Shown in pieces: positions 32,698 to 43,934 of a DNA stretch of 64,000 nucleotides (its first letter is position 1; each line of letters begins with the position of its first letter). The stretch comes from Microcystaceae cyanobacterium (lineage in GTDB: Bacteria > Cyanobacteriota > Cyanobacteriia > Cyanobacteriales > Microcystaceae), in assembly GCA_041746575.1 (NCBI GenBank), contig JBGTGT010000046.1, positions 1 through 64,000 on the forward strand. The letters are read 5' to 3'. The position numbers were made by a program, and so were the translations under genes. The notes beneath the pieces are model-generated. The model was not told the DNA's origin. It saw only the letters and a list, made by a program, of their open reading frames with translations, and searched no databases.

Positions 32698-33015
32698 AGG
32701 CACATAAGAGACTTAAATGTGTTTCTGAAAACCCCCCAGATTTGGAGCATTGTGTCTTCGGCTCTGATCTAATCTTTTTCTTGAGGCAATCGCATTATTC
32801 AATTCACAATGTATGACTTTCGTTCCTAATCGTTGGAGCTTGAGTTATAATCAACACCTGAAACGGCAAAATAATGTGGAGGCGATAACAGTCAAGAGAA
32901 AGAGTAAGTGTATAGTTGTTTAGCTGAAATTATTGTTCGTTTCTTCTTTTCAGGAGTCCCTAAATTATTTACTTGATTATATAACCCACCTCCTTAGGTG
33001 GGTTGATTGTTTTTG
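32698..33015 (+). ncRNA. putative intergenic sRNA (unassigned)
   Basis: Extended -10-like TGCTAAGTT at ~32683; terminator AACCCACC/GGTGGGTT plus T-tract at 32982-33014; no long ORF. Confidence 0.35.
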
Positions 33016-33085
33016 CGGAAACCCCAACGCATCCTCTCGATTATTCGTTAAAGTAAAAGAATCAGCGAGTTGATAGAGGTATATC

Positions 33086-33715
33086 ATGACAGGTTCTGCT
33101 TATGTGGAAGGCGGGTGGAATTTTACTGATTTTGCGCCCCAACCTCAAGGTGACAGTGAATTATTGCATCAATTAGGCTTTTTACCCGGTTTGAAAGCTT
33201 TATTAATGACACGACAAGTTCACGCGCTTGAACACGCAACGGTTTGGTTACTCAGTCGGGAGACTGCATCCAATCAAACAGCAGATAATTCCCCCGATAA
33301 CGAGAATTTGGGCGGTCTTTCCACCGAAAATGGCTTTTATTTGTACGGTCAAGTCAAGCGACGGAATTTGCACGAAGCGGTACGTCAGGCTCTCTTGCGC
33401 TTAAAGCAGGGAGAATGGAATTTGGCGATACATCCTCGCTGTGGGACGAATTTATCCGTCGCCCTAATTTTAACGGCGGGATTTGTCTTAGGGGTTAACA
33501 CCTTGCTCCCGAAAGATCCTTTTGGACAACTCATCGGTTTAGGCATAGCGACGACGACGGCTTCTCAAATTGCCCCCGATTTAGGGCAGTCAGTGCAACG
33601 TTATATTACAACAGCAATTCCTTTTAATTTAGAGGTGGTTGAAATCAGTCCAACTCAAGATTTTTGGGGACGTTCTGCCTATTTTGTGCGGGTGCGTTGG
33701 TGTGATTTGCAATAA
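33086..33715 (+). CDS. DUF6391-like protein
   Basis: RQVHALEHAT, LAIHPRCGTNL. Confidence 0.75.
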   Translation: MTGSAYVEGGWNFTDFAPQPQGDSELLHQLGFLPGLKALLMTRQVHALEHATVWLLSRETASNQTADNSPDNENLGGLSTENGFYLYGQVKRRNLHEAVRQALLRLKQGEWNLAIHPRCGTNLSVALILTAGFVLGVNTLLPKDPFGQLIGLGIATTTASQIAPDLGQSVQRYITTAIPFNLEVVEISPTQDFWGRSAYFVRVRWCDLQ

Positions 33716-33852
33716 AACTTAAAATTTCTAGCGATACTGAAGACCCATCCAATAGTACGCTAATTAAGCAAGAAAGCCTTATGGTGTCTCTGTCTTTTTA
33801 GCAGGGGAACATAGTGGTTCTTTTCAAGATAGATTTATTAAGGAAAACAGCA

Positions 33853-34083
33853 ATGGATCTAAAACGAGGCGATCAAGTCAAAATCAAGCGTCAAGAATCC
33901 TATTGGTTTAATGAAGTCGGTACTATTGCCAGTGTCGACACCAGTGGCATTCTCTATCCCGTTATCGTCCGCTTTGACACCGTTAACTACAATGGTTTTA
34001 GCGGCAATACCTCTGGCGTTAACTCCAATAACTTCAAAACGTCAGAATTGCAATTAATGAAAGCTGCTCCTGCTAAAAAGTAG
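33853..34083 (+). CDS. psaE: photosystem I subunit IV
   Basis: [35 protein letters not shown]. Confidence 0.95.
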   Translation: MDLKRGDQVKIKRQESYWFNEVGTIASVDTSGILYPVIVRFDTVNYNGFSGNTSGVNSNNFKTSELQLMKAAPAKK

Positions 34084-34165
34084 TTCAAGGACAGAATTAA
34101 AACAAAAAGTCGTCTTTTTCGGGGAAAGTAAGCACTACTTCCCCTTTTTTATCAGAGAAATGATT

Positions 34166-35023
34166 ATGCCCGAATTACCTGAAGTCGAAACGGTTTGCCG
34201 AGGATTGAATGCAGTGACGATTGGCCGTGTCATAGAAGGAGGTGAGGTCTTATTACAACGTAGTTTGGGTTATCCTGAGTCTGTTGTTGAATTATGGCAA
34301 AATATTACGGGTTTACGCTTTTTGCAGTGGCAAAGACGGGGCAAATATTTATTAGCCGAGTTGACAGACGAAACAGGAGCGAAAAAGGGAGGGTTAGGGG
34401 TGCATCTGAGGATGACAGGTCAATTATTATGGGTTAAACCAGAGATTTCTTTGCAAAAACACGCTCGCATTCGCTTTTTTGTTGACGGTCACCGGGAATT
34501 ACGCTTCGTAGATATTCGTACTTTTGGTCGAGTTTGGTGGATACCATCGGGGAAGTCTCCTGAAAATATCATAACTGGCCTCCAGAAATTGGGGGTAGAA
34601 CCCTTTTCCTCGGAATTTTCGACGGATTATCTATACAAGGCGTTTAAACGCCGTCAACGCGCCCTGAAAACGGTGTTACTCGACCAAGATATTGTGGCAG
34701 GATTGGGGAATATTTATGCGGATGAGTCGCTGTTTAGGAGTCAGATTACCCCCATCGCGATCGCATCTGAGTTAAGTTTAGTTCAATTAGAGCGACTGAG
34801 AACAGCAATTCTTGAGGTTTTAACAAAAGCAATTGAACAAGGTGGGACGACTTTTAGTGATTTTCGAGGAATAACGGGAATTAATGGCAATTATAGCGGC
34901 GTTGCTTGGGTTTATCGCCGTACAGGGCAACCCTGCCGAGTTTGTCATACTCCGATTGAGAGAATTAAATTGGGAGGACGTTCGACCCATTTTTGTCCGC
35001 AATGTCAAGGTCATCTAGTATGA
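34166..35023 (+). CDS. mutM: formamidopyrimidine-DNA glycosylase
   Basis: MPELPEVE, HLRMTG, GLGNIYADE, C-terminal zinc finger. Confidence 0.97.
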   Translation: MPELPEVETVCRGLNAVTIGRVIEGGEVLLQRSLGYPESVVELWQNITGLRFLQWQRRGKYLLAELTDETGAKKGGLGVHLRMTGQLLWVKPEISLQKHARIRFFVDGHRELRFVDIRTFGRVWWIPSGKSPENIITGLQKLGVEPFSSEFSTDYLYKAFKRRQRALKTVLLDQDIVAGLGNIYADESLFRSQITPIAIASELSLVQLERLRTAILEVLTKAIEQGGTTFSDFRGITGINGNYSGVAWVYRRTGQPCRVCHTPIERIKLGGRSTHFCPQCQGHLV

Positions 35024-35032
35024 ATAATACAG

Positions 35033-36238
35033 TTAAGATTCATAATATTTTTCTAGACAACGAATAAACATTTCAACTCCCATTGGAAGAACATCCTCGT
35101 CAAAATTAAAACAAGGATGATGGTGAGGATAATTTAACTGTTTTTCTGGATTAGATGACCCTAAAAAGAAATAACAACCGGGAACTTCTTGTAAGAAGAA
35201 AGACATATCTTCCCCGCCCATGGTTTGACACTCTGGAGCAATTCCTAAGGGGGTTTCTATCACTTCTAAAGCGACAGCGTGAACCAATTCAGCCATTTTT
35301 TCATTATTAATTAAAGCAGGATATAACTGCCAATAATTAAAATCATAAGTTGCACCATACCCTTGGCAAATTCCTGCAATCATTTGTTCCATTCGTTGCT
35401 CAAAAAAGCCTGTAAATTGCGGATTAAAATAGCGGACAGTTCCCCGTAAAATGGCCGTATCTGCAATTACATTTAAGGCAGTACCTGCTTTGAATTCACC
35501 GATGGTAACAACGGCCGATTCAAGAGGATTAATATTACGAGAAACAATGCTTTGTAATGCGTTAACAATCTGCGCTCCGACAACGACAGAATCAACCGTA
35601 TGCTGAGGAATTGCTCCATGACCTCCTTTTCCTTGAATTTTAAGCTCAAAGCACTCTACTGCCGCCATTAATGCTCCTTTTCTGACACCTATCGTTCCCT
35701 TTGGTAAATAATTCCAGAGATGAAGTCCAAAGATAGCATCAACTTTGGGATTTTGCAGTATTCCTGCCTCAATCATTGGTTTTGCACCGCCCGGACTTTC
35801 TTCGGCGGGCTGAAAGATGATTTTAACAGTTCCTTTAAATTTATCGGGATATTTCCTTAAATATTGGGCAACTCCTAAAGCGATCGCTGTATGACCATCA
35901 TGTCCACAAGCGTGCATCTTACCGTCATGCTGAGAGCGATAGGGAATGTCATTTGCTTCTTGGATGGGTAAAGCATCAATATCTGCTCGAATCCCTACAA
36001 CAGAGCCAGAATAAGAGCTTTCTACGGTAGCGACAATCCCCGTTTTGGCAATTTCCGTTTGATGGGAAACCCCCATTTGCTGTAATTGTTGACTAATATA
36101 TTGGGCAGTTAAAATTTCTTGAAATCCTAATTCTGGATATTGATGTAAATGTCTGCGCCATGATATTAATTGAGATTGTAAAGCGCGGATTTCTAGGCGA
36201 ATTTGGGGTGAATTAAGCGAGGGAAGAGACATATTCAA
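35033..36238 (-). CDS. M20-family amidohydrolase (N-acyl-L-amino acid amidohydrolase)
   Basis: RADIDALP, MHACGHDGH, FQPAEE, GGEDM. Confidence 0.92.
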   Translation of the reverse strand: MNMSLPSLNSPQIRLEIRALQSQLISWRRHLHQYPELGFQEILTAQYISQQLQQMGVSHQTEIAKTGIVATVESSYSGSVVGIRADIDALPIQEANDIPYRSQHDGKMHACGHDGHTAIALGVAQYLRKYPDKFKGTVKIIFQPAEESPGGAKPMIEAGILQNPKVDAIFGLHLWNYLPKGTIGVRKGALMAAVECFELKIQGKGGHGAIPQHTVDSVVVGAQIVNALQSIVSRNINPLESAVVTIGEFKAGTALNVIADTAILRGTVRYFNPQFTGFFEQRMEQMIAGICQGYGATYDFNYWQLYPALINNEKMAELVHAVALEVIETPLGIAPECQTMGGEDMSFFLQEVPGCYFFLGSSNPEKQLNYPHHHPCFNFDEDVLPMGVEMFIRCLEKYYES

Positions 36239-36507
36239 TAACCCGTTATCAGTTAATAATAATTAGTGACTTTTAAACAGGGATCAGTTATTTAATTATT
36301 TATTGGGAGATTCTTGATTTCTTTTTTTGTTTTTATCTCGAATATAGCGTTTCTTTTTCGTCGTGAGGTTTACCTCATCTCAAATGCCTTCAAAGTCGGT
36401 TATTAGAGCTTCACTCCATCTCGCACACGTCTAGCACCTTCGCCAGAGTGGCCAAAAGGAAGATTATATAGTTGGATTCTTGTTAGTTTACTTGATACAT
36501 ACAAAAA

Positions 36508-36581
36508 TCGGGATGACTGGATTCGAACCAGCGGCCCCTTCGTCCCGAACGAAGTGCGCTACCAAGCTGCGCTACATCCCG
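36508..36581 (-). tRNA. tRNA-Pro(CGG)
   Basis: CGGGATGTAGCGCAGCTTGGTAGCGCACTTCGTTCGGGACGAAGGGGCCGCTGGTTCGAATCCAGTCATCCCGA; cloverleaf with anticodon CGG; CCA not encoded. Confidence 0.97.
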
Positions 36582-36689
36582 TGCAATTTTGTCGAGTTGC
36601 CGAACACCACGATAATTGTCATCGTACCACTTCACTGTCATTTTATCGAAGTGACTAGGTTAGACTTTAACTCATAGAGATACACGGGT

Positions 36690-36760
36690 GATCGGGAAAC
36701 TCAGTGTCTTTAGACCTGAGAGGAAAGCGACACGAGCGGTTTTAACCGCCGTAGTATTTA
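36690..36760 (+). mobile_element. possible IS200/IS605-family end remnant
   Basis: Hairpin CTCAG-TGTCTTTAGAC-CTGAG followed by a GCGGTT/AACCGC hairpin; no transposase. Confidence 0.35.
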
Positions 36761-37003
36761 TATTATACATACTGAAACTAACTCCCGTTTTTCCCCTACT
36801 CTTCGGTAGGCGGCATCAGATGGAAGTATAGCATATTGGTTTATAATCTGCTTATTTCACGGCTAAAACTGCGATCGCCGGAAGCCACTGGGTGCTTTCC
36901 CAAGCTAGCAAGAAAGGGATAGATAGCATTGATCGCTTTATGCCAATCTCATCTAGAGAAATGGTTTTCGAGATTTCTACTTCATACATTTAAGTTTTTT
37001 AGA

Positions 37004-37423
37004 TTATTTTGAGCGCATAATACTCGGTTGATTGTTCTCAATATCACTTAGAGCGATGTTAAGGGCATTAATAGAAATAGAAACTTCGTAAAGAGACAGT
37101 AATAGAGACAAACACATACTGCCGAGACTGATTCCAAAAGTAATTGCCCCTCCCGCTCTTTTTTCTAAAAAAAGAAATAACATAGAAAAAGTACAGAGCA
37201 GAAAACTCAAAACCCCAAAAATTTGCATCCACTTAATTAATTTCACTCTTTTTCTCAGATTAAAAATTTGCCTTCGAGTAATATCGGAATGGGTCTGAGA
37301 ATGCTGTTGATGCAGTTCTCGAATGAGTTGAGCAATCACCAGAAAACGATTGGTATAAGCGAGTAATAACAAGGAAATGGCGGGAAAAAGTAGAGCCGGA
37401 GTGGTCAATGATAAGTCATTCAT
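37004..37423 (-). CDS. DUF2721 membrane protein
   Basis: TTPALLFPAISLLLLAYTNRF. Confidence 0.85.
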   Translation of the reverse strand: MNDLSLTTPALLFPAISLLLLAYTNRFLVIAQLIRELHQQHSQTHSDITRRQIFNLRKRVKLIKWMQIFGVLSFLLCTFSMLFLFLEKRAGGAITFGISLGSMCLSLLLSLYEVSISINALNIALSDIENNQPSIMRSK

Positions 37424-37626
37424 TTTTAATTGACAGCAACTTACAAAAAACGACAGTACATCTTAAATTTATGCCCTTTTTACTTTATAAATACCTTTTC
37501 TGGAAGTGGGTGCGAAAGTGGTCATCAATTAAACGTGATTTTAAGTAGTAATAAATGTCCGAATCGTCTCAACCATGCGCTGACTATTGTTATCAGAAGT
37601 AATCAGTTCAATTTGTTCGGTTCGGC

Positions 37627-37860
37627 CTACCCTACCCCTAAACCCAATTCGACAGCGCGTTGAATCTGTTCAAGTTGCCAAACCGATCCTTGAGCGACAT
37701 CGGGAGTCGTTCCTAAAGAGCGTAGTAAGCCGATCGCCACCACATCTATAGCCACGTGGTCAGTTCCCGCTAAAATCACGTTAGAACGCACCTTTTTACC
37801 AGAGGCAGGTCCACCCTTCACAAAAGCTTCCACTCCGTCAAGAAGGATCAAGGCAGGTTG
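37627..37860 (-). pseudogene. C-terminal fragment of a DUF362-like protein
   Basis: ILLDGVEAFVKGGP..ILAGTDHVAIDVV..QIQRAVELGLG; no N-terminal part upstream. Confidence 0.65.
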
Positions 37861-38046
37861 ATGATTTCATTACAACTCAACCCCTTTCCCGTCGAGCAGG
37901 AAGTGCATCAAGAAGCCGTCGTAGCACAATGGGGTTTTAAACCCAGTTTTTTGATAAAAGAAAATTGCGGACAACCGAAATCAGAATTATGCCAAATTCC
38001 TTTATACTGCTAGATGTGCGATCGCTGTTAACGGGAGTAAAGACTG

Positions 38047-38547
38047 ATGAACGCTATATATATCCCCCGATTACTAAACGCCCCCCAAAAGACTGAAGAA
38101 ATCCTTCTCAAAGAATTTATCGCTGGTTTAGACACCTTAACCCCCGTTCGTGGATTATTAACCCTCACCCACGGTGGAACTTATCTCGACGTTTCTTTAA
38201 CGGTCGAAACCATTCTTACCTTAACCTGCGATCGCTGTTTACAACAATACAATCATCGCTTAAAAGTCAACACCAGCGAATTATTATGGTTAGATGCAAA
38301 AGCGAATCAATTAGACTTCTTACCCCTAGACAAAGATTTGAGTCAAACCGATCTTGCGGAAACCTTGAATCCTGACGGATATTTTGAAGTGAATACATGG
38401 ATTTACGAACAGTTATCCTTAGCTTTGCCCTTTCGTCAACTCTGTGGCAAAAATTGCCAAATTCCAAATAATCCTATCTCTTTATCCCCTTTACAGGATA
38501 GCCGATGGTCAGCCCTCGCCGCCTTTAAAGATCAACTGGAAACCTGA
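38047..38547 (+). CDS. YceD/DUF177 family protein
   Basis: CDRCL, EQLSLALP, DSRWSAL. Confidence 0.9.
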   Translation: MNAIYIPRLLNAPQKTEEILLKEFIAGLDTLTPVRGLLTLTHGGTYLDVSLTVETILTLTCDRCLQQYNHRLKVNTSELLWLDAKANQLDFLPLDKDLSQTDLAETLNPDGYFEVNTWIYEQLSLALPFRQLCGKNCQIPNNPISLSPLQDSRWSALAAFKDQLET

Positions 38548-38648
38548 AAAAAATGAAGTAAATAATTGTAAAAAAATATGTCAGAAAGTGTCCAGAATGA
38601 CGCAAAGTAAGGGTTAAATCTAATCGTTAATATGGAGTTTAAACCCCG

Positions 38649-38738
38649 ATGACTGATACTCAAGTTCTAGTTGCCCTTGTAATCGCACTTTTACCCGGCA
38701 TTTTCGCTTTTCGTCTAGCGACGGAACTTTATAAGTAG
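38649..38738 (+). CDS. psaM: photosystem I subunit XII (absent from the ORF track)
   Basis: MTDTQVLVALVIALLPGIFAFRLATELYK*, with GGAG RBS upstream. Confidence 0.95.
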   Translation: MTDTQVLVALVIALLPGIFAFRLATELYK

Positions 38739-38997
38739 ATATCTCGTTTAATAGCACAGGTAATGCTCATTCCTTTTTGAAAGTCCTCTCTTCTCTAGAA
38801 CTTACCCCAGATGATGACAGAGGGATGGGTCATTACTGCGGAGATGCAATCATCGCAGGCTCCGGCAATTCATCGCCGGAGTACCGATGACCCTTCTCAT
38901 ACCAAAAGGGGTAATCATCGGGCGTGATCTTTGGCCTTTGATCTTCTAGAATGATCGTTTTAACGTTTCCCTTTGGTTTTTGCGAGATAATCTTCCC

Positions 38998-39426
38998 ATG
39001 ACAGTTTCTCAACGCTTGGTCTCTCCCTCACCTGCGAAAAAACGCAAGCCCCGTCGTAATCCCGTCAGAAAACCAGATGAAAGCTGGATTGTCCTAGAAA
39101 TTTCCCTAAAATTGGTCTTTAATAGTGTTTTATCTGTGGTAGCGATCACCACCCTAATTAAGCTACTGCCTTATCAAGCAACACAACAGCAAAAAATCAA
39201 AGAAGTACAGGTAGAAGTCCAGAATACCGAAAATCGCGTCAACGAATTAAGAGATCATCTGAATCGTAACTTTGACCCCTTAGAAAGTCGTCGAATTATG
39301 CAAGAACAAAGTTCTATGATCGATCCTGACCAACGACGCATTGTTTTTTTACCGACTGAACCGAGTAATCTGATCACCCAAAAAAAGTCCTCTTCTAACC
39401 CTCGTCTAGCCGCGAAGGTAGAATAA
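38998..39426 (+). CDS. putative cell-division protein (single transmembrane segment plus coiled coil; FtsL/DivIC-like)
   Basis: Basic N-terminus, transmembrane segment, LLPY..QQ coiled coil. Confidence 0.6.
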   Translation: MTVSQRLVSPSPAKKRKPRRNPVRKPDESWIVLEISLKLVFNSVLSVVAITTLIKLLPYQATQQQKIKEVQVEVQNTENRVNELRDHLNRNFDPLESRRIMQEQSSMIDPDQRRIVFLPTEPSNLITQKKSSSNPRLAAKVE

Positions 39427-39505
39427 GTGCTACGACAGATCAGTATTAATTATCGTCTCTAATCGGTTAAATTTTGCCAAGAAAAAGCGACAGAGGAGAT
39501 TAACG

Positions 39506-40231
39506 CTAATTTTGTGTATTTTCCCTCGTAAGATTGCCTATTTCTGGAAAATTTAATAATTGGTCTAGATGATACTGAATTTGATCTCGATAATCTGAGG
39601 AAGGAAGTTCTCGTAATACCCGGCGATAATCAGCGATCGCAGCATTCCAATCCCCATTGAGGTAATGAGTATAACCTCGTTCACCATAAATCCGTAAGTG
39701 ATGGGGATCTCTAAGGGAGAATGCCGTATCAAATTGAGCAATTGCCGCCGGATAATCTCCTAATTCTCTGTAGGTAATGCCCAAATTAATCAAAGCACGT
39801 CCATTCCAAGGATTCAAATCTAACGCTATCTGATAATCCCGTAACGCCGCAAATAACTTACCTTGTCGGACATAACAATTGCCTCGGTTATTATAAGCTC
39901 GGTCTAAGATCGGATCGAGGGCGATCGCTAAATTATAATCATGAATCGCTTTCATCAGTTGCTGATCGTAAAAATACATCAATCCCCGATTATTATAATG
40001 AACTGCAATGTCGGGGTGATGGTGAATGAGTTGGGTGAGTAAGGCGATCGCTTCGGCATAATCACCACTTTCTGCGCATTTTTTGACCAAACTCTGTAAA
40101 TTCTGCTCGATTTTGCGCTGACGTTCCACTGTCGCCAAGCAGTGCGTCCAAATCTGATAATTGCTGTCAGATAAGGGAATAGAATCGGCTTTTATCGGTT
40201 GAATCGCTGAGGCGAGGCGGGGAAAGTTCAT
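39506..40231 (-). CDS. TPR-repeat protein
   Basis: Repeated YNNRG motifs. Confidence 0.88.
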   Translation of the reverse strand: MNFPRLASAIQPIKADSIPLSDSNYQIWTHCLATVERQRKIEQNLQSLVKKCAESGDYAEAIALLTQLIHHHPDIAVHYNNRGLMYFYDQQLMKAIHDYNLAIALDPILDRAYNNRGNCYVRQGKLFAALRDYQIALDLNPWNGRALINLGITYRELGDYPAAIAQFDTAFSLRDPHHLRIYGERGYTHYLNGDWNAAIADYRRVLRELPSSDYRDQIQYHLDQLLNFPEIGNLTRENTQN

Positions 40232-40359
40232 GGCTCACAAGGGGACTCATATTCTTACTTTAGCGGAAATGGGGTCTTGATGGTCAAAGGTATCGTACAG
40301 ATACTTCGACTAAAATAAGTTAAGTTAATTCTCATGATTAATCGGGCTGTAACGAACGG

Positions 40360-41067
40360 ATGACACACTATTTTCCTAAAAAAGCGGTGGTACTTTTGTC
40401 AGGGGGGTTAGATTCGGCAACCACTGCCGCCATCGCGATCGCCGATGGGTATCAAATCATTGCCTTGTCTTTTCGCTATGGCCAACGCCACCAACGAGAA
40501 TTACAGGCCGCTACTGACATTGCCTCTGAGCTTGGCATACGAGAACACTATATTATGGATGTCAATTTAGCCCAGTGGGGAGGGTCATCTTTGACCGATA
40601 GACAACAAAATTTACCTCAATCAGGTATTAATTCGCATATTATTCCTTCTACTTACGTTCCTGGCAGAAATACGGTGTTTATTGCCCTTGGACTCTCTCT
40701 GGCAGAAGCAAAAGGAGCAGAAGCAATTTATTTAGGGATTAATGCGGTAGATTATTCCGGTTACCCCGACTGTCGTCCTGAATATTTAGAGGCTTTTCAA
40801 GAATTGGCGAATTTGTCGTCAAAAGTGGGCATAGAAGGCAAAGCTCCCCGATTAATTGCTCCTCTAGTCAAGGATAGTAAAGTGGATATTGTCAAACGAG
40901 CGCTCTCGCTGAGGGTTCCCCTTGAAAAAACATGGTCTTGTTATCAAGGAAAAGATCATCCTTGTGGATTATGCGATTCTTGTCGGATTCGCGATCAAGC
41001 ATTGATCAAAGTGGGTTATCCAGAACTAGCCAGTGAAATAGGACGAAAAATTGCTTTTGAAATTTAG
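40360..41067 (+). CDS. queC: 7-cyano-7-deazaguanine synthase
   Basis: [34 protein letters not shown]. Confidence 0.97.
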   Translation: MTHYFPKKAVVLLSGGLDSATTAAIAIADGYQIIALSFRYGQRHQRELQAATDIASELGIREHYIMDVNLAQWGGSSLTDRQQNLPQSGINSHIIPSTYVPGRNTVFIALGLSLAEAKGAEAIYLGINAVDYSGYPDCRPEYLEAFQELANLSSKVGIEGKAPRLIAPLVKDSKVDIVKRALSLRVPLEKTWSCYQGKDHPCGLCDSCRIRDQALIKVGYPELASEIGRKIAFEI

Positions 41068-41380
41068 AATGATTCTTTTGCTCATTATTTGCTGTTTATT
41101 CGCCATTGACAGCCCATTGCAAAGAGAAAGAAGTTTTTCACAGGGAGGAACGAAATATCTCTAGCGTATGAGTGCCTGTCCTCAGAAGTCGCTTATGATG
41201 AACGAGTTCAGCATAAAACTTGCCTGCTCCCTCAAATCCTTGTACTGTATCAAGTTGCCATACTACAATTCAGTCAAGTATAATGTTAAATTAAGTTTTC
41301 TAAAAAATGTTATATTTTTGTTAAAGTCATTCTGTAAAATCCTGAGTTTGCGTAAGTCAATACAATCTACCATTAGGAAG

Positions 41381-41791
41381 ATGCCAAATAAACGGAAAAA
41401 ACCTCAAAAATTTTACTGTCCTTGTTGTCAGCGTCGCTTGTGGCGTGTCGGCAGCCCTAAGCATTATCTCTTTTATCAGGGAAAACAAGAAATTCAGCAA
41501 GGATTCAAGTTGACTGCTCAAAAAGCTGGCTTCCTAGCCGCTCAAAATGATGTTTGGGTTGATCGACAAGTTTGGCTCGAGGAGTTTTTTTGCGAAGAAC
41601 ACGGCAAAATGTGGATGCGCTTGTTTCGCTCAGAAGAAGGATTGCTTTGGGCCAAACCGGCTAAACGAACAGATTGGCAAAGAACAACTCGTACCCTCGA
41701 TCCTGACCGTCCCCAATGTGGAGTTAGTGAATTTACTTATCGGACGAGTCGCCGTAGCGCGCCGGCTCTGACCCAACGCTTTTACGAATAA
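41381..41791 (+). CDS. hypothetical protein with putative Zn-binding Cys/His residues
   Basis: YCPCCQRRLWR...FFCEEHG; AGGA RBS before the ATG at 41381. Confidence 0.65.
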   Translation: MPNKRKKPQKFYCPCCQRRLWRVGSPKHYLFYQGKQEIQQGFKLTAQKAGFLAAQNDVWVDRQVWLEEFFCEEHGKMWMRLFRSEEGLLWAKPAKRTDWQRTTRTLDPDRPQCGVSEFTYRTSRRSAPALTQRFYE

Positions 41792-41846
41792 CGGAGTAAA
41801 GAAGGTGATTTTTGGCAAAAAATAAACACGAAGTCAGACTTTTTTG

Positions 41847-42236
41847 TCAAATTTCTAATTCACGGTACTCAGCAGGGGTGCATTTTTCGTAAGCTTCCAT
41901 TGCTTGAGCCGATAAGGCGTAAACTAAAATTTCTTCGTTAAAAAGATGACAATGCTGATCAACGAGGGAAATTAATTTGACGGGATGTTCAGAATCTTTG
42001 TTAAGAAACAAAACACCCGCCTCATCGGGTGCAGTCCAAGAATAAACTGCCAGTAGAGCTTTCCCGCTCCGATAATAGCAACAGTATGAACCTTGCCCTT
42101 GCTTTTGCCGCTCCTTAATTTCGTCAATCACCTCAGCGAGAAGCGTCTGATCACGCAGGGAGTGAGGCATAGAATTCTCTCTTTCTCTGTAGGACGATGT
42201 TTCACTGCTATTTAATGCCATTTCTAAAAACCGCAA
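41847..42236 (-). CDS. hypothetical protein
   Basis: ~120-aa ORF; start uncertain; no recognised motif. Confidence 0.5.
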   Translation of the reverse strand: MRFLEMALNSSETSSYRERENSMPHSLRDQTLLAEVIDEIKERQKQGQGSYCCYYRSGKALLAVYSWTAPDEAGVLFLNKDSEHPVKLISLVDQHCHLFNEEILVYALSAQAMEAYEKCTPAEYRELEI

Positions 42237-42444
42237 AAGGCCTAACTGAATGTTTTTCGTAAGCCCTTTAATATCTATATATTTATTATAAGGGCTAATG
42301 AGCTTAAGACCTTTTCCTACAACCTTGTATCTCTCTTAGTAATTAGGGAAATTGACATAAGTATATATGTCAGCAATAATACGCTAAAAATGATTCATCA
42401 TTTACCTCATCGGCCAATCAGTCCCAAAAAGAGAATGTGAGGGG

Positions 42445-43530
42445 TCAATCAAGGATTTTAAGCAAAATATCTCCCATTTCTCGACAACTGACCAACTGTT
42501 TATCTGTCGAAAGAATGTCTCCGGTGCGATACCCTTGTTCGAGTACTGTTGAAACGGCCTGTTCAATTTTGGTCGCCGCTTCGGATTGATTTAGAGCGTA
42601 CCGTAACATCATGGCGGCACTGAGAACTTGAGCGAGGGGGTTGGCTTTATCTTGGCCAGCAATATCGGGGGCAGAGCCATGAACCGGTTCAAAAACCCCT
42701 GGATTTTGTTCACCTAGACTGGCAGAGGGTAACATTCCTATGCTACCCGTAAGCATAGCCGCCGCATCGGAGAGAATATCGCCAAATAGATTACCCGTGA
42801 CGAGGGTATCAAATTGCTTAGGGGCGCGGACTAATTGCATGGCGGCATTATCGACGTAGAGATGGGACAGTTCAACGTCTGGGTACTGTTGTGCCATAAG
42901 GGTGATGCGATCGCGCCATAACTGCGAAACATCTAAAACGTTGGCTTTATCTACAGAACAGAGCTTTCCTCGACGTTTTTGGGCAGTTTCAAACCCGACT
43001 TTAGCAATGCGATCAATTTCTGAGGCGGTATAGGCCATGGTGTTAACGCCTCGTTTTTCGCCGGTTTCTGTAGCAAAAATACCTTTGGGTTGGCCGAAAT
43101 AAATCCCTCCCGTCAATTCTCGCACCACCATGATGTCAACGCCTTCGACAATTTCTCGTTTCAGACTGGAAGCTTCAATCAGTTGAGGAAAAATGGTTGC
43201 AGGGCGCAGATTCGCAAAAAGGTTTAATCCAGATCTGAGTCCAAGTAATCCGGTTTCTGGTCGCTGTTGACGGGGTAAATTATCCCATTTGTAGCCTCCG
43301 ATGGCGGCTAAAAGAACTGCATCACTTTCCTGACAGATTTTAAGGGTTTCTGCGGGGAGGGGATGACCGGTGGCATCAATAGCCGCTCCCCCAATTAGGG
43401 CTTCTTGGAAATAGAAATTGAGCTGAAATGACGAGGCGATCGCTTTGAGAATATCAACAGTGACTGCCATAATTTCAGGGCCAATGCCATCACCGGCTAA
43501 GAGAGTGATACGGTAGGTGGGTTGCGTCAT
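42445..43530 (-). CDS. leuB: 3-isopropylmalate dehydrogenase
   Basis: [36 protein letters not shown]. Confidence 0.97.
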   Translation of the reverse strand: MTQPTYRITLLAGDGIGPEIMAVTVDILKAIASSFQLNFYFQEALIGGAAIDATGHPLPAETLKICQESDAVLLAAIGGYKWDNLPRQQRPETGLLGLRSGLNLFANLRPATIFPQLIEASSLKREIVEGVDIMVVRELTGGIYFGQPKGIFATETGEKRGVNTMAYTASEIDRIAKVGFETAQKRRGKLCSVDKANVLDVSQLWRDRITLMAQQYPDVELSHLYVDNAAMQLVRAPKQFDTLVTGNLFGDILSDAAAMLTGSIGMLPSASLGEQNPGVFEPVHGSAPDIAGQDKANPLAQVLSAAMMLRYALNQSEAATKIEQAVSTVLEQGYRTGDILSTDKQLVSCREMGDILLKILD

Positions 43531-43934
43531 AAAAAGTCATTAGGGTTAATTGACCAGATCTTTTATCGTAACGGAAAGATTACAGCTCAATCAATCGGTT
43601 GAGAAATTGTTAATTTTTGTAATAAATATTGTGATCAATTATCAAGACATTATTGCTAAATATGAGGCAATATTTTTTTGTTTATTTTCTTTAATAAGAA
43701 TCATTGTAAAATATTTAGATTTTCTCAGTTTTGCTAAGATTAAATAATTCTTTCTTTTAGAAAAAAATATAAGTAAAAAAACATTTACTATAAAATATAA
43801 TTAACAAAAAACTATATTAAACAGGCTTAACATTGATAAAAACTGTAAATAATTAAATAAACATCAAGAGTTTTTGTTGAGCAAAAAAATAATGCTATAA
43901 AAATAGAGAAAGACTCATTTATTTAGGCTTAAGC

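Noticed and set aside
36480..36677. 65-aa ORF
   Set aside because: Antisense translation of tRNA-Pro.
43550..43930. Very AT-rich stretch with a 65-aa ORF
   Set aside because: Divergent promoter region; the ORF has no coding signature.
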